This document shows, piece by piece, positions 1 through 9,892 of a stretch of 64,000 nucleotides of DNA; position 1 is the first letter of the stretch, and every line of letters begins with the position of its first letter. The notes under the pieces are model-generated. The model had not been told where the DNA came from and made no database searches. It saw nothing but the letters and a program-made list of their open reading frames with translations. The position numbers and the translations under genes are program-made. Origin of the DNA: an uncultured delta proteobacterium (GTDB taxonomy: Bacteria > Desulfobacterota > Desulfobacteria > Desulfobacterales > Desulfatirhabdiaceae); assembly GCA_963789395.1 (NCBI GenBank), contig CAWBKP010000014.1, positions 224,001 through 288,000 on the forward strand. The letters run 5' to 3'.

Positions 1-863
1 ACCATTTTTTTCCGGAATTCCCGGTTTTTGTAAGCACCCGCCGGCACCAGGCCCATGGCGGCATATTCCCTGGCTTCCGGGAGAACGGGAAGCATCGATG
101 CATAAATTGTCATGCCGAATCCAGATCCGGCAACCATTTCGGCCAGATGCCCCAACAGGCCAAAGCCGGTGATATCGGTGCAGGCACTGACAGCAAAATC
201 GCTCATGGCTTCAGCTGCCCGACGATTCAAGGTCGCCATCAAGCGGATTGTGGTTGCGATGACGGCGGAAGACGCAAGCCCGCCTTTGATCGCGGTATTA
301 ACAATGCCGGTCCCCAGGGGTTTGGTCAGAATCAACCGGTCTCCGGGGCGAATCGTTTTTTTGGTCAACACGTTGCCGGGATGGATGAATCCGGTAACTG
401 ACAGCCCGTATTTCAATTCACTGTCTTCGATGCTGTGTCCGCCGATCAGCACCACCCCGGCTTCGGTTATTTTGTCCAGACCGCCCTGGATAATCTGCCT
501 AAGCACGGAAATATCCATTGTTTTCAAAGGAAAAGCCACCAGATTCATTGCAGTTTTGGGAACGCCGCCCATGGCGTAGATGTCGCTCAGGGCATTGGCT
601 GCGGCAATCTGGCCGAATGCATACGGATCATCCACAATCGGCGTGAAAAAATCGACGGTTTGAATCAGGGCCAGATCATCGGATACTTTATAGACACCGG
701 CATCATCAGCGCGGTCCAGCCCGACCAGCACATTGGCATTTGTTGGAAATACCATTCCGCACAGTGCCCTCTCCAGGTCCCCTGGAGGCAGTTTGGAAGC
801 TCAGCCGGCGCCTTTTACGGTTTCAGTCAGTCGGAGAGGATTCGGGTCTTTCGGGTTTTTCAT
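1..863 (-). CDS. selD: Selenide, water dikinase (selenophosphate synthetase), selenocysteine-containing; 3' end runs off the window
   Basis: Manual translation from ATG 863: MKNPKDPNPLRLTETVKGAG-UGA(803-801)-ASKLPPGDLERALCG, then a continuous frame with SelD motifs (SDDAGVY, VDFFTP, IAAANALSDIYAMGG, GGHSIED). The UGA lies in the catalytic G(C/U)xxK motif. Absent from the ORF track. Confidence 0.95.
765..790 (-). promoter_or_regulatory. Bacterial SECIS-like hairpin of selD
   Basis: CUCCAG-GGGAC-CUGGAG stem-loop starting 13 nt after the UGA, extendable by UGCC/GGCA. Confidence 0.75.
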
Positions 864-1020
864 AGGAAGCGAATGTACACCAATTAGACAAAAATACAAT
901 CATAATGAGTTCTCAGGTTGTCATTTATGCGCTACAATCAGATTGTGATGTTCGAAACATCGCAACACACAAGGGTATTGTTTGATCGGAAAATATCAGC
1001 ACTTCCGCTGTTTACCAATC

Positions 1021-1506
1021 TTAACTGTCAAGCCCCCGACTACACAGTCCGTAGAAAATTTTCCGAAGGTATCTTTCCTCGATGGGTCGAAGGAATGGCT
1101 CATCTTCAGTTTCCAGTTGTTTAACGGAAGCGTTGTCCGTGGCCGGCTTTTGAACCATGATTATCTTCCCACGGGATTTATCCGCACGCGGCTGTAGACA
1201 TTTATTTTTCTCCAGCCAGATATCACATTCGTCATGGGTGCCGATATACGTGACAAACAGGCAGTCTTTGTCCAGAACGCTAATCAACCTGTAACCGCAT
1301 CCGAGATCATATTTGGTGCATTTTTTAATTCGATGTTCACCGTTTTTGGTCACCGCCCCGATTCCAACCGGAGAATCACATCCCAAAAGCAACCGGTTGA
1401 TGATTGCATCCGCTTCTTTTGCGGCAATCGCCCCCTTTCTGCTCGCTTTTCGAATGGTCTCCAGTTGCTTGTCAAATTTGGGATCCCTGTACACAGAGCG
1501 GATCAA
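1021..1506 (-). CDS. Hypothetical protein with RelE/ParE-like toxin fold
   Basis: AAGGAGG RBS then TTG at 1506; motifs DPKFDKQL, KYDLGCGYRLI and YIGTHDECD resemble the RelE superfamily. Confidence 0.5.
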   Translation of the reverse strand: MIRSVYRDPKFDKQLETIRKASRKGAIAAKEADAIINRLLLGCDSPVGIGAVTKNGEHRIKKCTKYDLGCGYRLISVLDKDCLFVTYIGTHDECDIWLEKNKCLQPRADKSRGKIIMVQKPATDNASVKQLETEDEPFLRPIEERYLRKIFYGLCSRGLDS

Positions 1507-2349
1507 TTTTCCTCCTTGTTCCCTGGCAACCACCACCAGCATAGCATGAAAAACCGTCTTACCGGCCCAATACACAGCAAAAGCGCTGCCATTCAATGAA
1601 AATTATGTTAACTGAGCGCTTGCCGGAACGCATGAAACACCCGTGAACTGATAAAATTATCAATCAGGAAGAATGACAGGAAAGACGCAAGGATGAGAAA
1701 AACAACTGATTACAAACTAACCAGAAACATGATCTTTCGGTCTTCTCCTGCGCTCACCAACCCGGGTGGCATTCTTTGCGCTATCTCAGGTAAAACCGAA
1801 AAATATTTTCATTGTAGAACCCAAAAAGATTAAATATTTAAAAAAGTCAGTCAGATCTCTGGTCTTTGCCGCGAATACCACACATCCATATTTCAGTTCT
1901 CGGATCTCTGAAGGAATAAAATGATAACGCACTTGTTATTGGAATTTTGGGAACCGGTTCAGAATCCGAAACGGTTGTCAATTTCAATAAATCACATTTT
2001 ATGATTTGTCAATTCGATATTTAAAGCTATAACTATACATGATTATTGATAGATTATTATAACCATAATGAATTTGACTTATTCTTATTTATCATGCAAT
2101 ACAATTTTGAATATGAACCACCCCTATCAACCGCTCAGACCATTAAGGTGTTGGCGGATACCCCTGCTTCTGCTGCTACCATGCGACATTTTACGAAAAT
2201 ACCGTTGCCCCGGCGGCGGGCCAGATTGCACAGGCCGAATATTTTTCGGTAAATTATGGCTTCAAATCATTATGATGCTGTCCGGCTTTTGATCGGCGAT
2301 ACAAGCCATATGGGGTTCAACAATCATTGCATTCAGAAAGGAGGCCAGC

Positions 2350-2559
2350 ATGAAACCAGGAGCGAGAAATCAATTAACGGGTAAAGTGACGTCCATTAAA
2401 AGCGATGAGATTATGTCGCTGGTCAAATTCAGTGTAACTGTTCCAAGGGAAATGGCGTCAGTGCTGACAACGGAATCTGTCAAAGATATGGGCCTGAATA
2501 TCGGAGATGAGGTAGAGCTGGTGATTAAGGCCATTCATGTATTGCCTTTGAAACGCTAA
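2350..2559 (+). CDS. mop: Molybdate/tungstate-binding TOBE domain protein (Mop/molbindin)
   Basis: 69 aa; ARNQLTGKV...SVLTTESV..MGL.IGDEV...IKA; AGGAGG RBS. Confidence 0.9.
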   Translation: MKPGARNQLTGKVTSIKSDEIMSLVKFSVTVPREMASVLTTESVKDMGLNIGDEVELVIKAIHVLPLKR

Positions 2560-2569
2560 ACATTTTTTT

Positions 2570-2617
2570 GAGAAGGAGGGGTGGGTCCAGAAATCGCTTT
2601 ATGGTCCCACCCTTCTC
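2570..2617. terminator. Inverted repeat, probable terminator between convergent genes
   Basis: GAGAAGG..GGGTGGGTCCA / TGGTCCCACCCTTCTC. Confidence 0.5.
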
Positions 2618-2720
2618 ATCAGCCCTTAACGCATGAGTTCAACAAATCCCCCCAGCTTTGCGCGTAGCGGATCGGTATCGAATGTTGAATAGTCGGATCC
2701 CTGAAAGTAAAAAAAGTCTG

Positions 2721-3545
2721 CTATTGATGCATTGGGGATTCCAGATAATCCGAGATCAGATCACGGGTTCGAAGAATTTCTTCATGTGCATCCAACTCAA
2801 TCGTCCACCACGTGCACTCTGTTGACAATAATCTATCAACAATCGGTCCGAGGAGGCTCATATCCTGCGGGGCATGATGCCTGTCAGTTTCCGACTCATA
2901 AAAATGCACTTCAACAAGGTCTTGACTAAATAAGTCAACAATTTGTGGAACGCTCATTTCGTTGTTTTTAACAAGCGGACAAGAAACGGCATGACCAATG
3001 TCCATGGTGATTTTGGCGCCCGTTTTTTGTGTCCATTCCAGAACTGTTTCAGGGTAACTTGTTGGCCCAAATCGTAAATTTTCCAGGCTGACTGTTATGC
3101 CATGATATCGGCCATATTCTACCAACCGACGTAAATTCCTCACGACATGGGTGTGGTTGAGTTCAATATCGGCCATCAACCCCACATGCACGGTTATATT
3201 TTGCTCACCAATTCCTTTGATTGAATCAAGGGCCAGAAAATGAAGCTGCATGGCTTCTTCGGCTTTCTCGGATCGATTATCGCCAATTTCATAGCCGGGG
3301 AAATATCCATGATGCCGGATACGGGTACCCTCTGAAATGTACGTGGCCAATTGTCCTGCCGTCTGGTCCAGGTTTCCTGCATCAGGCGTATATTCCAGAG
3401 AGAATCCTTCTTCCACTACCCAATCTAATTTTGAGGGAAAGGCATGCCATTGCGTTGAGACTGCGAGAGTCACCGGAAGGGGCGAGGCAAATCCGGTTAA
3501 TGCAGAAACGGTTTTTGTCATGGTTCGATAAATTTTTCTATGCAT
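2721..3545 (-). CDS. Sugar phosphate isomerase/AP-endonuclease-2 family TIM-barrel protein
   Basis: ITVHVG, VSLENL, MDIGHA, EVHFYE, WTIEL metal-binding pattern. Confidence 0.8.
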   Translation of the reverse strand: MHRKIYRTMTKTVSALTGFASPLPVTLAVSTQWHAFPSKLDWVVEEGFSLEYTPDAGNLDQTAGQLATYISEGTRIRHHGYFPGYEIGDNRSEKAEEAMQLHFLALDSIKGIGEQNITVHVGLMADIELNHTHVVRNLRRLVEYGRYHGITVSLENLRFGPTSYPETVLEWTQKTGAKITMDIGHAVSCPLVKNNEMSVPQIVDLFSQDLVEVHFYESETDRHHAPQDMSLLGPIVDRLLSTECTWWTIELDAHEEILRTRDLISDYLESPMHQ

Positions 3546-3560
3546 ATATTGGGTAAAGGT

Positions 3561-4157
3561 CTATAGCGAAATGACCTTGTCGGCCAATTGCATGGCGGTA
3601 ACGATATCCAGCATATTGGTGGTTTCACCGACCTGTTTTCTTTCCAGCAGGTTGAAATGGTTCAGACAGGTGCCGCAAACCAAAATCTTGAGGCCCCCAT
3701 TTTCATAAGACTTGAGATCCTCAAGCACCTCCGAGCCGTCGATCGTCAGTTTGACGCCGTTGTTGACAAATACCAGCCGCCACAGATCCGGTCCCATTTC
3801 CTTCAGCGTACGCAGGAAACTGAGCATCAATTTCAGCCCCAATTCATCGTCGCCAAAACCCAACCGGTCTGTGGCGCACATCACGATGATTTTACTGGAA
3901 CCGGCTTCAGGCACGGCAGAAACTTGAGGAAGATCCGCAGGTAAGGCACCCAGCGTTCCGATGATCCGGTAATCGGATCCGGTTTGTTCAAGCCGGGTAC
4001 CAAAACCTTGAGACTCCAGAAACCGCTGAACATTCTGCTGGGAGGCCGCATTGTCAACAATAACGGAAAGGCTGCCGGGTTTTTCTTCCTGCAACACCGC
4101 CTTGGTGTGAAGAACCGGTGCTGGGCAGGCCAACCCCCGGGCATCAATTTCTTTCAT
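3561..4157 (-). CDS. yedF: Selenium metabolism protein YedF (TusA-like plus DsrE-like domains)
   Basis: IDARGLACPAPV N-terminus; G.GDDELG..L, FVNNGVKL, CGTCL, VGETTNM. Confidence 0.9.
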   Translation of the reverse strand: MKEIDARGLACPAPVLHTKAVLQEEKPGSLSVIVDNAASQQNVQRFLESQGFGTRLEQTGSDYRIIGTLGALPADLPQVSAVPEAGSSKIIVMCATDRLGFGDDELGLKLMLSFLRTLKEMGPDLWRLVFVNNGVKLTIDGSEVLEDLKSYENGGLKILVCGTCLNHFNLLERKQVGETTNMLDIVTAMQLADKVISL

Positions 4158-4172
4158 AAAAAAAGCTCCTTT

Positions 4173-4391
4173 TTATCCGGCAACCGGACAGGACAAGTCG
4201 CCGGCATGATATACATGTTTATAACCGCAATGCGGACAGGATTCGTCGAGGACTACCTTTGCATCCAGAGTCCTGTTCCCGGCCGCATCAGTGACCACGC
4301 CCCTGTTTTCACCAATTCTGTAATCCGCGCTTTCAAACACCTTGTTTTGATTCGGACAGACAAAAATCAATTTCATACGTTTAGCTGACAT
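4173..4391 (-). CDS. Small Cys-containing hypothetical protein (possible metal binder)
   Basis: 72 aa; CP, CPHCG and LSCP; GAAGGA RBS; embedded in the operon. Confidence 0.7.
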   Translation of the reverse strand: MSAKRMKLIFVCPNQNKVFESADYRIGENRGVVTDAAGNRTLDAKVVLDESCPHCGYKHVYHAGDLSCPVAG

Positions 4392-4457
4392 CCTTCTGCT
4401 TCATGAAGCAAGAGAACGGAAACCGGCCGGAATCACACATGCGGTTTTCAGAGGTTT

Positions 4458-5216
4458 TTACGGGATTTGCATGGCCAGAAGTGCCGCACCCAATGCACCA
4501 ACCAGTTGAGGATCTTCCGGTACCAGAACTATTCTGCCCAATGTTTCCTCCAGGAAACGCCGCATGCAGGGGTTTTGGGCCACTCCTCCAGTAAAGACGA
4601 TATCTCCGGTGGTAGATACGCGGTTGATCATGCCGGCGGCCCGCTGGATGACGCTGGTGTGAATGCCGCGGGCGATTTCCCGGCGGTTTTGTCCTTTGGC
4701 AATCAGGGAAGTGACTTCAGATTCGGCAAATACCGTGCACATGCTGGAAATAGCCAGATCTTTTTCCGCCAGCAAAGCTTCCTGGCCAAAGGTTTCGATG
4801 TCAAAGCCCAGGGTTCTGGCCATGATCTCCAGGAATTTTCCGGTGCCGGCCGCACACCGGTCGTTCATTTCAAATTTTTTCACCTTGCCGGATTCAAACA
4901 GACTGATGGCCTTGCTGTCCTGACCACCGATATCCAACACTGCCAGAGCATCGGGGAAAAGAGCCCGTGCTCCTGTGGCATGGGCTTTAATTTCCGTGAC
5001 CGTCAGTGTATCAAAGGAAATCTCGAACAGATTCCGGCCGTAACCCGTGGCCATGATGCAATCATATGCTACACCATGGATCAGGTTCTTGGCAGCTGCC
5101 ATGGGATCGAATCCGGTGTCTGTCTGAAGACTGGTCACGATGCTTCCCGAATCATCCACCACCACCAGCTCAATGGTGCTCGATCCGATATCGATTCCTG
5201 CAAAACGTTTTCGCAT
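4458..5216 (-). CDS. ATP-dependent [4Fe-4S] activator (HgdC/BcrAD/DCCP-R family)
   Basis: GIDIGS, ATGYGR, DIGGQDSK, MNDRCAAGTG, SMCTVFAESE. Confidence 0.92.
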   Translation of the reverse strand: MRKRFAGIDIGSSTIELVVVDDSGSIVTSLQTDTGFDPMAAAKNLIHGVAYDCIMATGYGRNLFEISFDTLTVTEIKAHATGARALFPDALAVLDIGGQDSKAISLFESGKVKKFEMNDRCAAGTGKFLEIMARTLGFDIETFGQEALLAEKDLAISSMCTVFAESEVTSLIAKGQNRREIARGIHTSVIQRAAGMINRVSTTGDIVFTGGVAQNPCMRRFLEETLGRIVLVPEDPQLVGALGAALLAMQIP

Positions 5217-5234
5217 CCAAAAACTCCTGAAAGT

Positions 5235-6512
5235 CTATCGCAGTTGCTCGACAAAGGCTTCAATCCGGGTTTTCAACTGGCCGACATCTTCCATGCTGTA
5301 GTCGGTTTCAATGCGCAGGGTGGGAATATTCTTTTCCTCCAGGGCTTTTTCAACAGGAATGGATTCCATAAGGTAAGGCTGGCAGAACTGCAGGCCATAA
5401 TGAATCACGCCGTCGGCCTCGTATGCGGCAGCCATTTCCTGAATATGTTCCAGACGCTGTGGATTCGGTGTAAATATGGCGCAATCGACCTGGTAGTAAC
5501 GATCCACAATGGCTTCCATCATTTCATCGACGGTTTTACCGGATGCATCCGTCAGATTGCGGGTGCCGCGTTCCCCCACGCAGGACTCTTCGCCCACGAT
5601 CACCGCACCCGAAGTTTCCACGATAAATGGCAGCTTCCAGTTGGGGACGGCCTGAGGACAACCGGAGATGAGAATCCGGGGCGTCTTCTCCGGGAAAACA
5701 CCATTTTTCCCGGCAATGCGTTTTTCCAGTTCATCACAGATTTTGTTCACGGAATCCGTAAACCGGACAGGATTGTCATAGAAAAAAACCTGGTTGGCCA
5801 AAAGCGCATCCAGACCGGATATGGGCGCCGGATCGGCCTTGCGCAGAGATGACAGGCGATGAACGGCTGCGCGCTTGGCATTGACCGTCTGAATCGCCTG
5901 CTTCAGCGATCCGGCTGTAATCACGACTCCGGTGAGGGCTTCAACCGCGGTCCTGAACCGCTGGTATTCGGACTTCAACAGTGCTCTGCCCTGATCGGAC
6001 TTGACCTGGGGCAAATCCATCACATACAGGTTATTTACCAGATGTCCCAACGATTCATAGGCTTTTTTCTTGCCGTCGCAGGTATTCTCACCCACGATCA
6101 TATCCGCGCTTTCCAGATAAGGACAGACCTTGCCGAGTTTAAACCCGAAAGAGGACTTGATCAGGGCGCAGGTATTGCGGGGCAGGAGTTTTTCCACTTC
6201 CGGCATGGCGAAATCCGCACCCGAGCACAACCCCACCAGGGTGGCATTGGCTGCCAGAACGATTTCCTCGGGAACAAAGACACAATAAGAGCCGATGATT
6301 TTGCGGCCGGCCTTTTTTTCATCCAGAAGTTCTTTTATCCGCAACCCATGGACTTCGCTCATCACAAAGTCAAAATAACCCATTCCCTCCGGACGCTTTT
6401 TTTGTGACAGGAAAATGTCCTGGTAGGCACCACCTAAAACTCCCAAAAGAGCGTCATGGCCTGCCAGGTCAAGCCCCAAATCCTCCCACATCCCTCGATA
6501 ATCTTCACTCAT
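5235..6512 (-). CDS. Double-cubane cluster protein (DCCP)-like reductase, 2-hydroxyacyl-CoA dehydratase fold
   Basis: Cys-rich motifs YCVFVPEE, GLC.G, RNTCALIKS, CPY, ENTCDGKKK, EESCVGER, DCAIF, QFCQPY; GAGGAG RBS before ATG 6512. Confidence 0.85.
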   Translation of the reverse strand: MSEDYRGMWEDLGLDLAGHDALLGVLGGAYQDIFLSQKKRPEGMGYFDFVMSEVHGLRIKELLDEKKAGRKIIGSYCVFVPEEIVLAANATLVGLCSGADFAMPEVEKLLPRNTCALIKSSFGFKLGKVCPYLESADMIVGENTCDGKKKAYESLGHLVNNLYVMDLPQVKSDQGRALLKSEYQRFRTAVEALTGVVITAGSLKQAIQTVNAKRAAVHRLSSLRKADPAPISGLDALLANQVFFYDNPVRFTDSVNKICDELEKRIAGKNGVFPEKTPRILISGCPQAVPNWKLPFIVETSGAVIVGEESCVGERGTRNLTDASGKTVDEMMEAIVDRYYQVDCAIFTPNPQRLEHIQEMAAAYEADGVIHYGLQFCQPYLMESIPVEKALEEKNIPTLRIETDYSMEDVGQLKTRIEAFVEQLR

Positions 6513-7634
6513 GATGGATCTCCTCAACTTCCGCGTTAAATATTGATAAACTGCACAATGGTTATGATTTTTGCAAGATCACGCTATGAACCGCTTGGAT
6601 CAAACTGTGGATGTTTATCTGGAGGATATATTAACAAAAGCTATTAAGCAAATTCATATTTATTATTACTTCAATGGGAATATTCCAATGTTCTATAGTG
6701 GTTAATAAAAATATTTTTGTTTTATTAATTCCGACAACTCAAAAGAGGATGGCGTTTTTTTAGCTCCGCTGCGCGTATCATGTGGCGGTCATTCGAAGTC
6801 TCATCAATCGGAGATGACCACGCCGGCCCTGGAATACCGTTGAACCGTTCTGGTGGATGTGAATATACATAAGGGAGACGGTCACGACCTTCGAAAACTT
6901 GGGGGGGATGGATCTGGGGTCTGCGATATTGGTCAGGTGCCATGCCGGCGGCGAAAACGCGATGTCTGCTGGGACGCCGTGCAGGTACGTTTCTTCGATT
7001 GCTTGAAAGCCACTGATGCCGAGCCTGGAAATGAGATCCGGAAGATACTGAGGTGGTAGGGAATTTATGGTCACTTTCTAAAAAATGTATTTGGAATCCA
7101 TCAGGAGGTGCCAAATGGGAAAGAAGATGTGGATTTCAAAAAAAGGCTCAACGCTGATTTATATTCAGGTGATCCACTCGAAATATCGAGGAATCATATT
7201 TGAAACTCAATGTTTCATCATATGCTTGAGTCTGGCCATCTTTAACAACACTGATAGAATCAGTAATCTACCTGACCCCTCCGGTGTCCGTAACGATTTG
7301 CAATCAGTTATCTACAGAGGGATATCATGCTATAATGCCACTGCAATTCATCGCTTCCGGTGCTTGCATTATCCGCCATTTCTACATATTATCAGGTAAT
7401 TACATTATGATAAAGTCGCCAGAGCTGTCAAGCGAATTGACGCATACCGAACAGGTAACCATTGGCAACGCCGTTGGAATTGGGGAGAGGGCTTTTTCGT
7501 TTGATTCCATAACACAAAAAAGGTATCCTAAGATTCAGCTGATCAGCTGTGGCGCTTTGATTATGGCTGGATTGAATTGTAAGACTGATATGATAAGGAT
7601 CTTTTGGAAATTATAATGGAGAAAGATTGGCCGT

Positions 7635-7847
7635 ATGAAATTGACGCAGCTTGAATATCTTCGAGCGGTAACAGTGGAAATGGAAAAAACACGAGAGGAT
7701 CATCAAAGATATCCGGAAAGTTTTGAAACTGACTGTAATGCCTGTTGGGCTAGGCGCCGGAATCCACAACAGGCGGCAGCCGAGTTGGTTGTTAATTACG
7801 GTTGGTTGGATATACCGGTTAAGATTCGTCAGAAAAAGCCAAAGTGA
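7635..7847 (+). CDS. Hypothetical protein
   Basis: 70 aa ORF with GGAG upstream and a CxxC motif. Confidence 0.45.
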   Translation: MKLTQLEYLRAVTVEMEKTREDHQRYPESFETDCNACWARRRNPQQAAAELVVNYGWLDIPVKIRQKKPK

Positions 7848-7923
7848 CCCCCGAAACGATTCTACGTTTGATCAACTTCAAAAATAATTGCAGGGTTCAT
7901 TGCCGATAGGGTTTCCAGAATCC

Positions 7924-8406
7924 ATGTCCAGTCAAAAAAATCCTGTAACGCCTGCAATCCGGAAGCTGAAGGCAGAGGCTGTTTCATTCTCGCTCCATCC
8001 TTACACCTATGAAGAAAACGGGGGAACCGCAGCCGCTTCTGCTGCCCTGGGCATTGTGGAACACGGGGTCATCAAGACACTGGCGATGGAGGATGATTCC
8101 GGCAATCCATTCATCGTGCTGATGCACGGAGATAAACAGGTTTCAGCCAAAGCACTGGCCCGGCAGCTGGGTGTAAAAACCGTTCAGCCCTGCACACAGC
8201 AGAAGGCTGAAAAAATTACCGGATATTCTGTGGGCGGCATTTCTCCCTTTGGCACCCGGCTGCCGCTTCCGGTTTACATGCAAGCCTCCATAGCGGAACT
8301 GCCGGAAATTTACATCAATGCCGGCAAAAGAGGTCTTCTTTTTTCCATCAGGCCCCGGGATCTGATACGGATATTGAATCCTGTCGTTGTCTCCGTTGCT
8401 ATCTGA
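7924..8406 (+). CDS. ybaK: Cys-tRNA(Pro) deacylase, YbaK/EbsC family
   Basis: TPAIR.L, VIKTL, TGYSVGGISPFG, INAGKRG. Confidence 0.9.
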   Translation: MSSQKNPVTPAIRKLKAEAVSFSLHPYTYEENGGTAAASAALGIVEHGVIKTLAMEDDSGNPFIVLMHGDKQVSAKALARQLGVKTVQPCTQQKAEKITGYSVGGISPFGTRLPLPVYMQASIAELPEIYINAGKRGLLFSIRPRDLIRILNPVVVSVAI

Positions 8407-8505
8407 TGCCAGATGGGGACAGCCGCCGGTGTTTATTGATGGAATGAAGAGAAAATTGCCTGACGGCCTTAATGAAACATATTTGTCATTTTCAAACGAT
8501 TGGTT

Positions 8506-8534
8506 TTGACAATTATGTGTATTTGGAATATATT
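8506..8534 (+). promoter_or_regulatory. Sigma70-like promoter of the glt-car-purF operon
   Basis: TTGACA-17 nt-TATATT. Confidence 0.55.
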
Positions 8535-8761
8535 ATTACCGTTTGATTATGATGCTGCTGTAACATGACTGCATTCAGCGAAACCGGTTCTTCGTTCGCA
8601 GACATGTACCAGCAGCTTTTTTTATCTTCAGCAGATACCTGTCGCCATCCCGTGAATTGCGCGCGGCATAAATATTGCTTCCAGGATACACCCTTTTACC
8701 TCCCTTTTCATGATGCATTGTGCATAAAAAAAAGCAGGATGGCTTATAGGAGAAAACCAGC

Positions 8762-9892
8762 ATGTGTCGTTTATTTGCTTTAACCAGCGAAGAACCGCTT
8801 TCGCCCATGGTTGCCTTTGAAGCCCTGGATGTCATGCGCGAAGGACACGACGGCTCCGGCGTTGGCCTCTTCCTTCGGGATCTTGGCGGTCCGTTTGAGG
8901 ACATGAAGGATGCGCCGATCCTGTCCGGCATTTTTACCGAAAACGGTCTCAAACGCCTGGATACGTTCATGATGAATATCGGGTTCATGACAAAATACAA
9001 ATTGCCGATAAAAACTTCCAAAACACCGCCAGCAGGTGTTCCCAAGCGGGATATCTATCTGATCCGGGCCTATGAATACCCGGAGGAATGGGATGGACTC
9101 AGCCAGCCGGAGCTGTATATCCGCCTGGTGAAAATCCGCCTTCAGCTTCGGGAAATGGGCAAGGCCGAAGGCGATATGATGGTCTTTTCCTTCTGGCCCG
9201 ATGTCATCATGATCAAGGAAATCGGCGAGCCGCTCAAAGTCGCCCAGCACCTGAAGCTGGACCGGAAAGACATCAAGGCCAGGGTCATGATGGCCCAGGG
9301 ACGCCAGAACACCAACTACGCCATTAATCTCTATGCCTGTCATCCGTTTTTCCTTCAGGGATTTTCAACCATGACAAATGGCGAGAACACGGCGTTTATC
9401 CCGATCCGGGACTACCTTCAGTCCCGGGGGTTTCCCGGCTATACCGGGTATCAGTCCGATTCCGAAGTCTTTACCCATATTCTGCATTATACCCTGGAGA
9501 GGCTGGGACTGGGATTCGAGGCTTACAAGCATATCATCACGCCGCTTCAGGACGAAGACATCGCCGTTCACGCGGACGCCGCCCTGCTTCAGCAGCTCAA
9601 GCAGTCCTGCAGGCGGCTGATCATCGACGGGCCCAACTGCGTCATCGGATCCCTTCCGGATCACAGCCTGTTCATGGTTCAGGACCGTAAAAAACTCCGT
9701 CCCGGCGTAGTTGGCGGAAGGCCCGGAAAATATGCGTTTTCCTCTGAAATCTGCGGGCTGGATGCCGCCATTCCGGATCGCGATAAAACCCGGGATTTTC
9801 AGCCCATGCATTTAGACACGGCCATTGTTGGCCCGAACCGTCAGGAGGTTGCGGTATGCCGTCAAACATCCCCATTACCCCTTCCACACTGA
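8762..9892 (+). CDS. Glutamate synthase amidotransferase subunit (class II GATase, GltB domain 1)
   Basis: N-terminal MCRL nucleophile, GHDGSG, RQNTN, HPFF, NGEN, SDSE. Confidence 0.88.
   Translation: MCRLFALTSEEPLSPMVAFEALDVMREGHDGSGVGLFLRDLGGPFEDMKDAPILSGIFTENGLKRLDTFMMNIGFMTKYKLPIKTSKTPPAGVPKRDIYLIRAYEYPEEWDGLSQPELYIRLVKIRLQLREMGKAEGDMMVFSFWPDVIMIKEIGEPLKVAQHLKLDRKDIKARVMMAQGRQNTNYAINLYACHPFFLQGFSTMTNGENTAFIPIRDYLQSRGFPGYTGYQSDSEVFTHILHYTLERLGLGFEAYKHIITPLQDEDIAVHADAALLQQLKQSCRRLIIDGPNCVIGSLPDHSLFMVQDRKKLRPGVVGGRPGKYAFSSEICGLDAAIPDRDKTRDFQPMHLDTAIVGPNRQEVAVCRQTSPLPLPH

Noticed and set aside
112..887. Plus-strand ORFs of 155, 84 and 150 aa
   Set aside because: Antisense shadows of selD
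1855..1890. GCAAAGACC segment resembling a c-di-GMP-I riboswitch
   Set aside because: GGCAAAC/GNRA P2 elements and P1 pairing are absent
4467..6407. Long plus-strand ORFs (461 and 182 aa)
   Set aside because: Antisense to the activator and DCCP genes. The same applies to long shadow ORFs opposite carB, purF, hdrA and mscK.
6725..7114. Overlapping ORFs of 129, 98 and 68 aa; one plus frame with several TGA codons
   Set aside because: No recognisable family. The TGAs are not in Cys-like motifs and lack SECIS-like hairpins. Possibly a decayed gene; not called.
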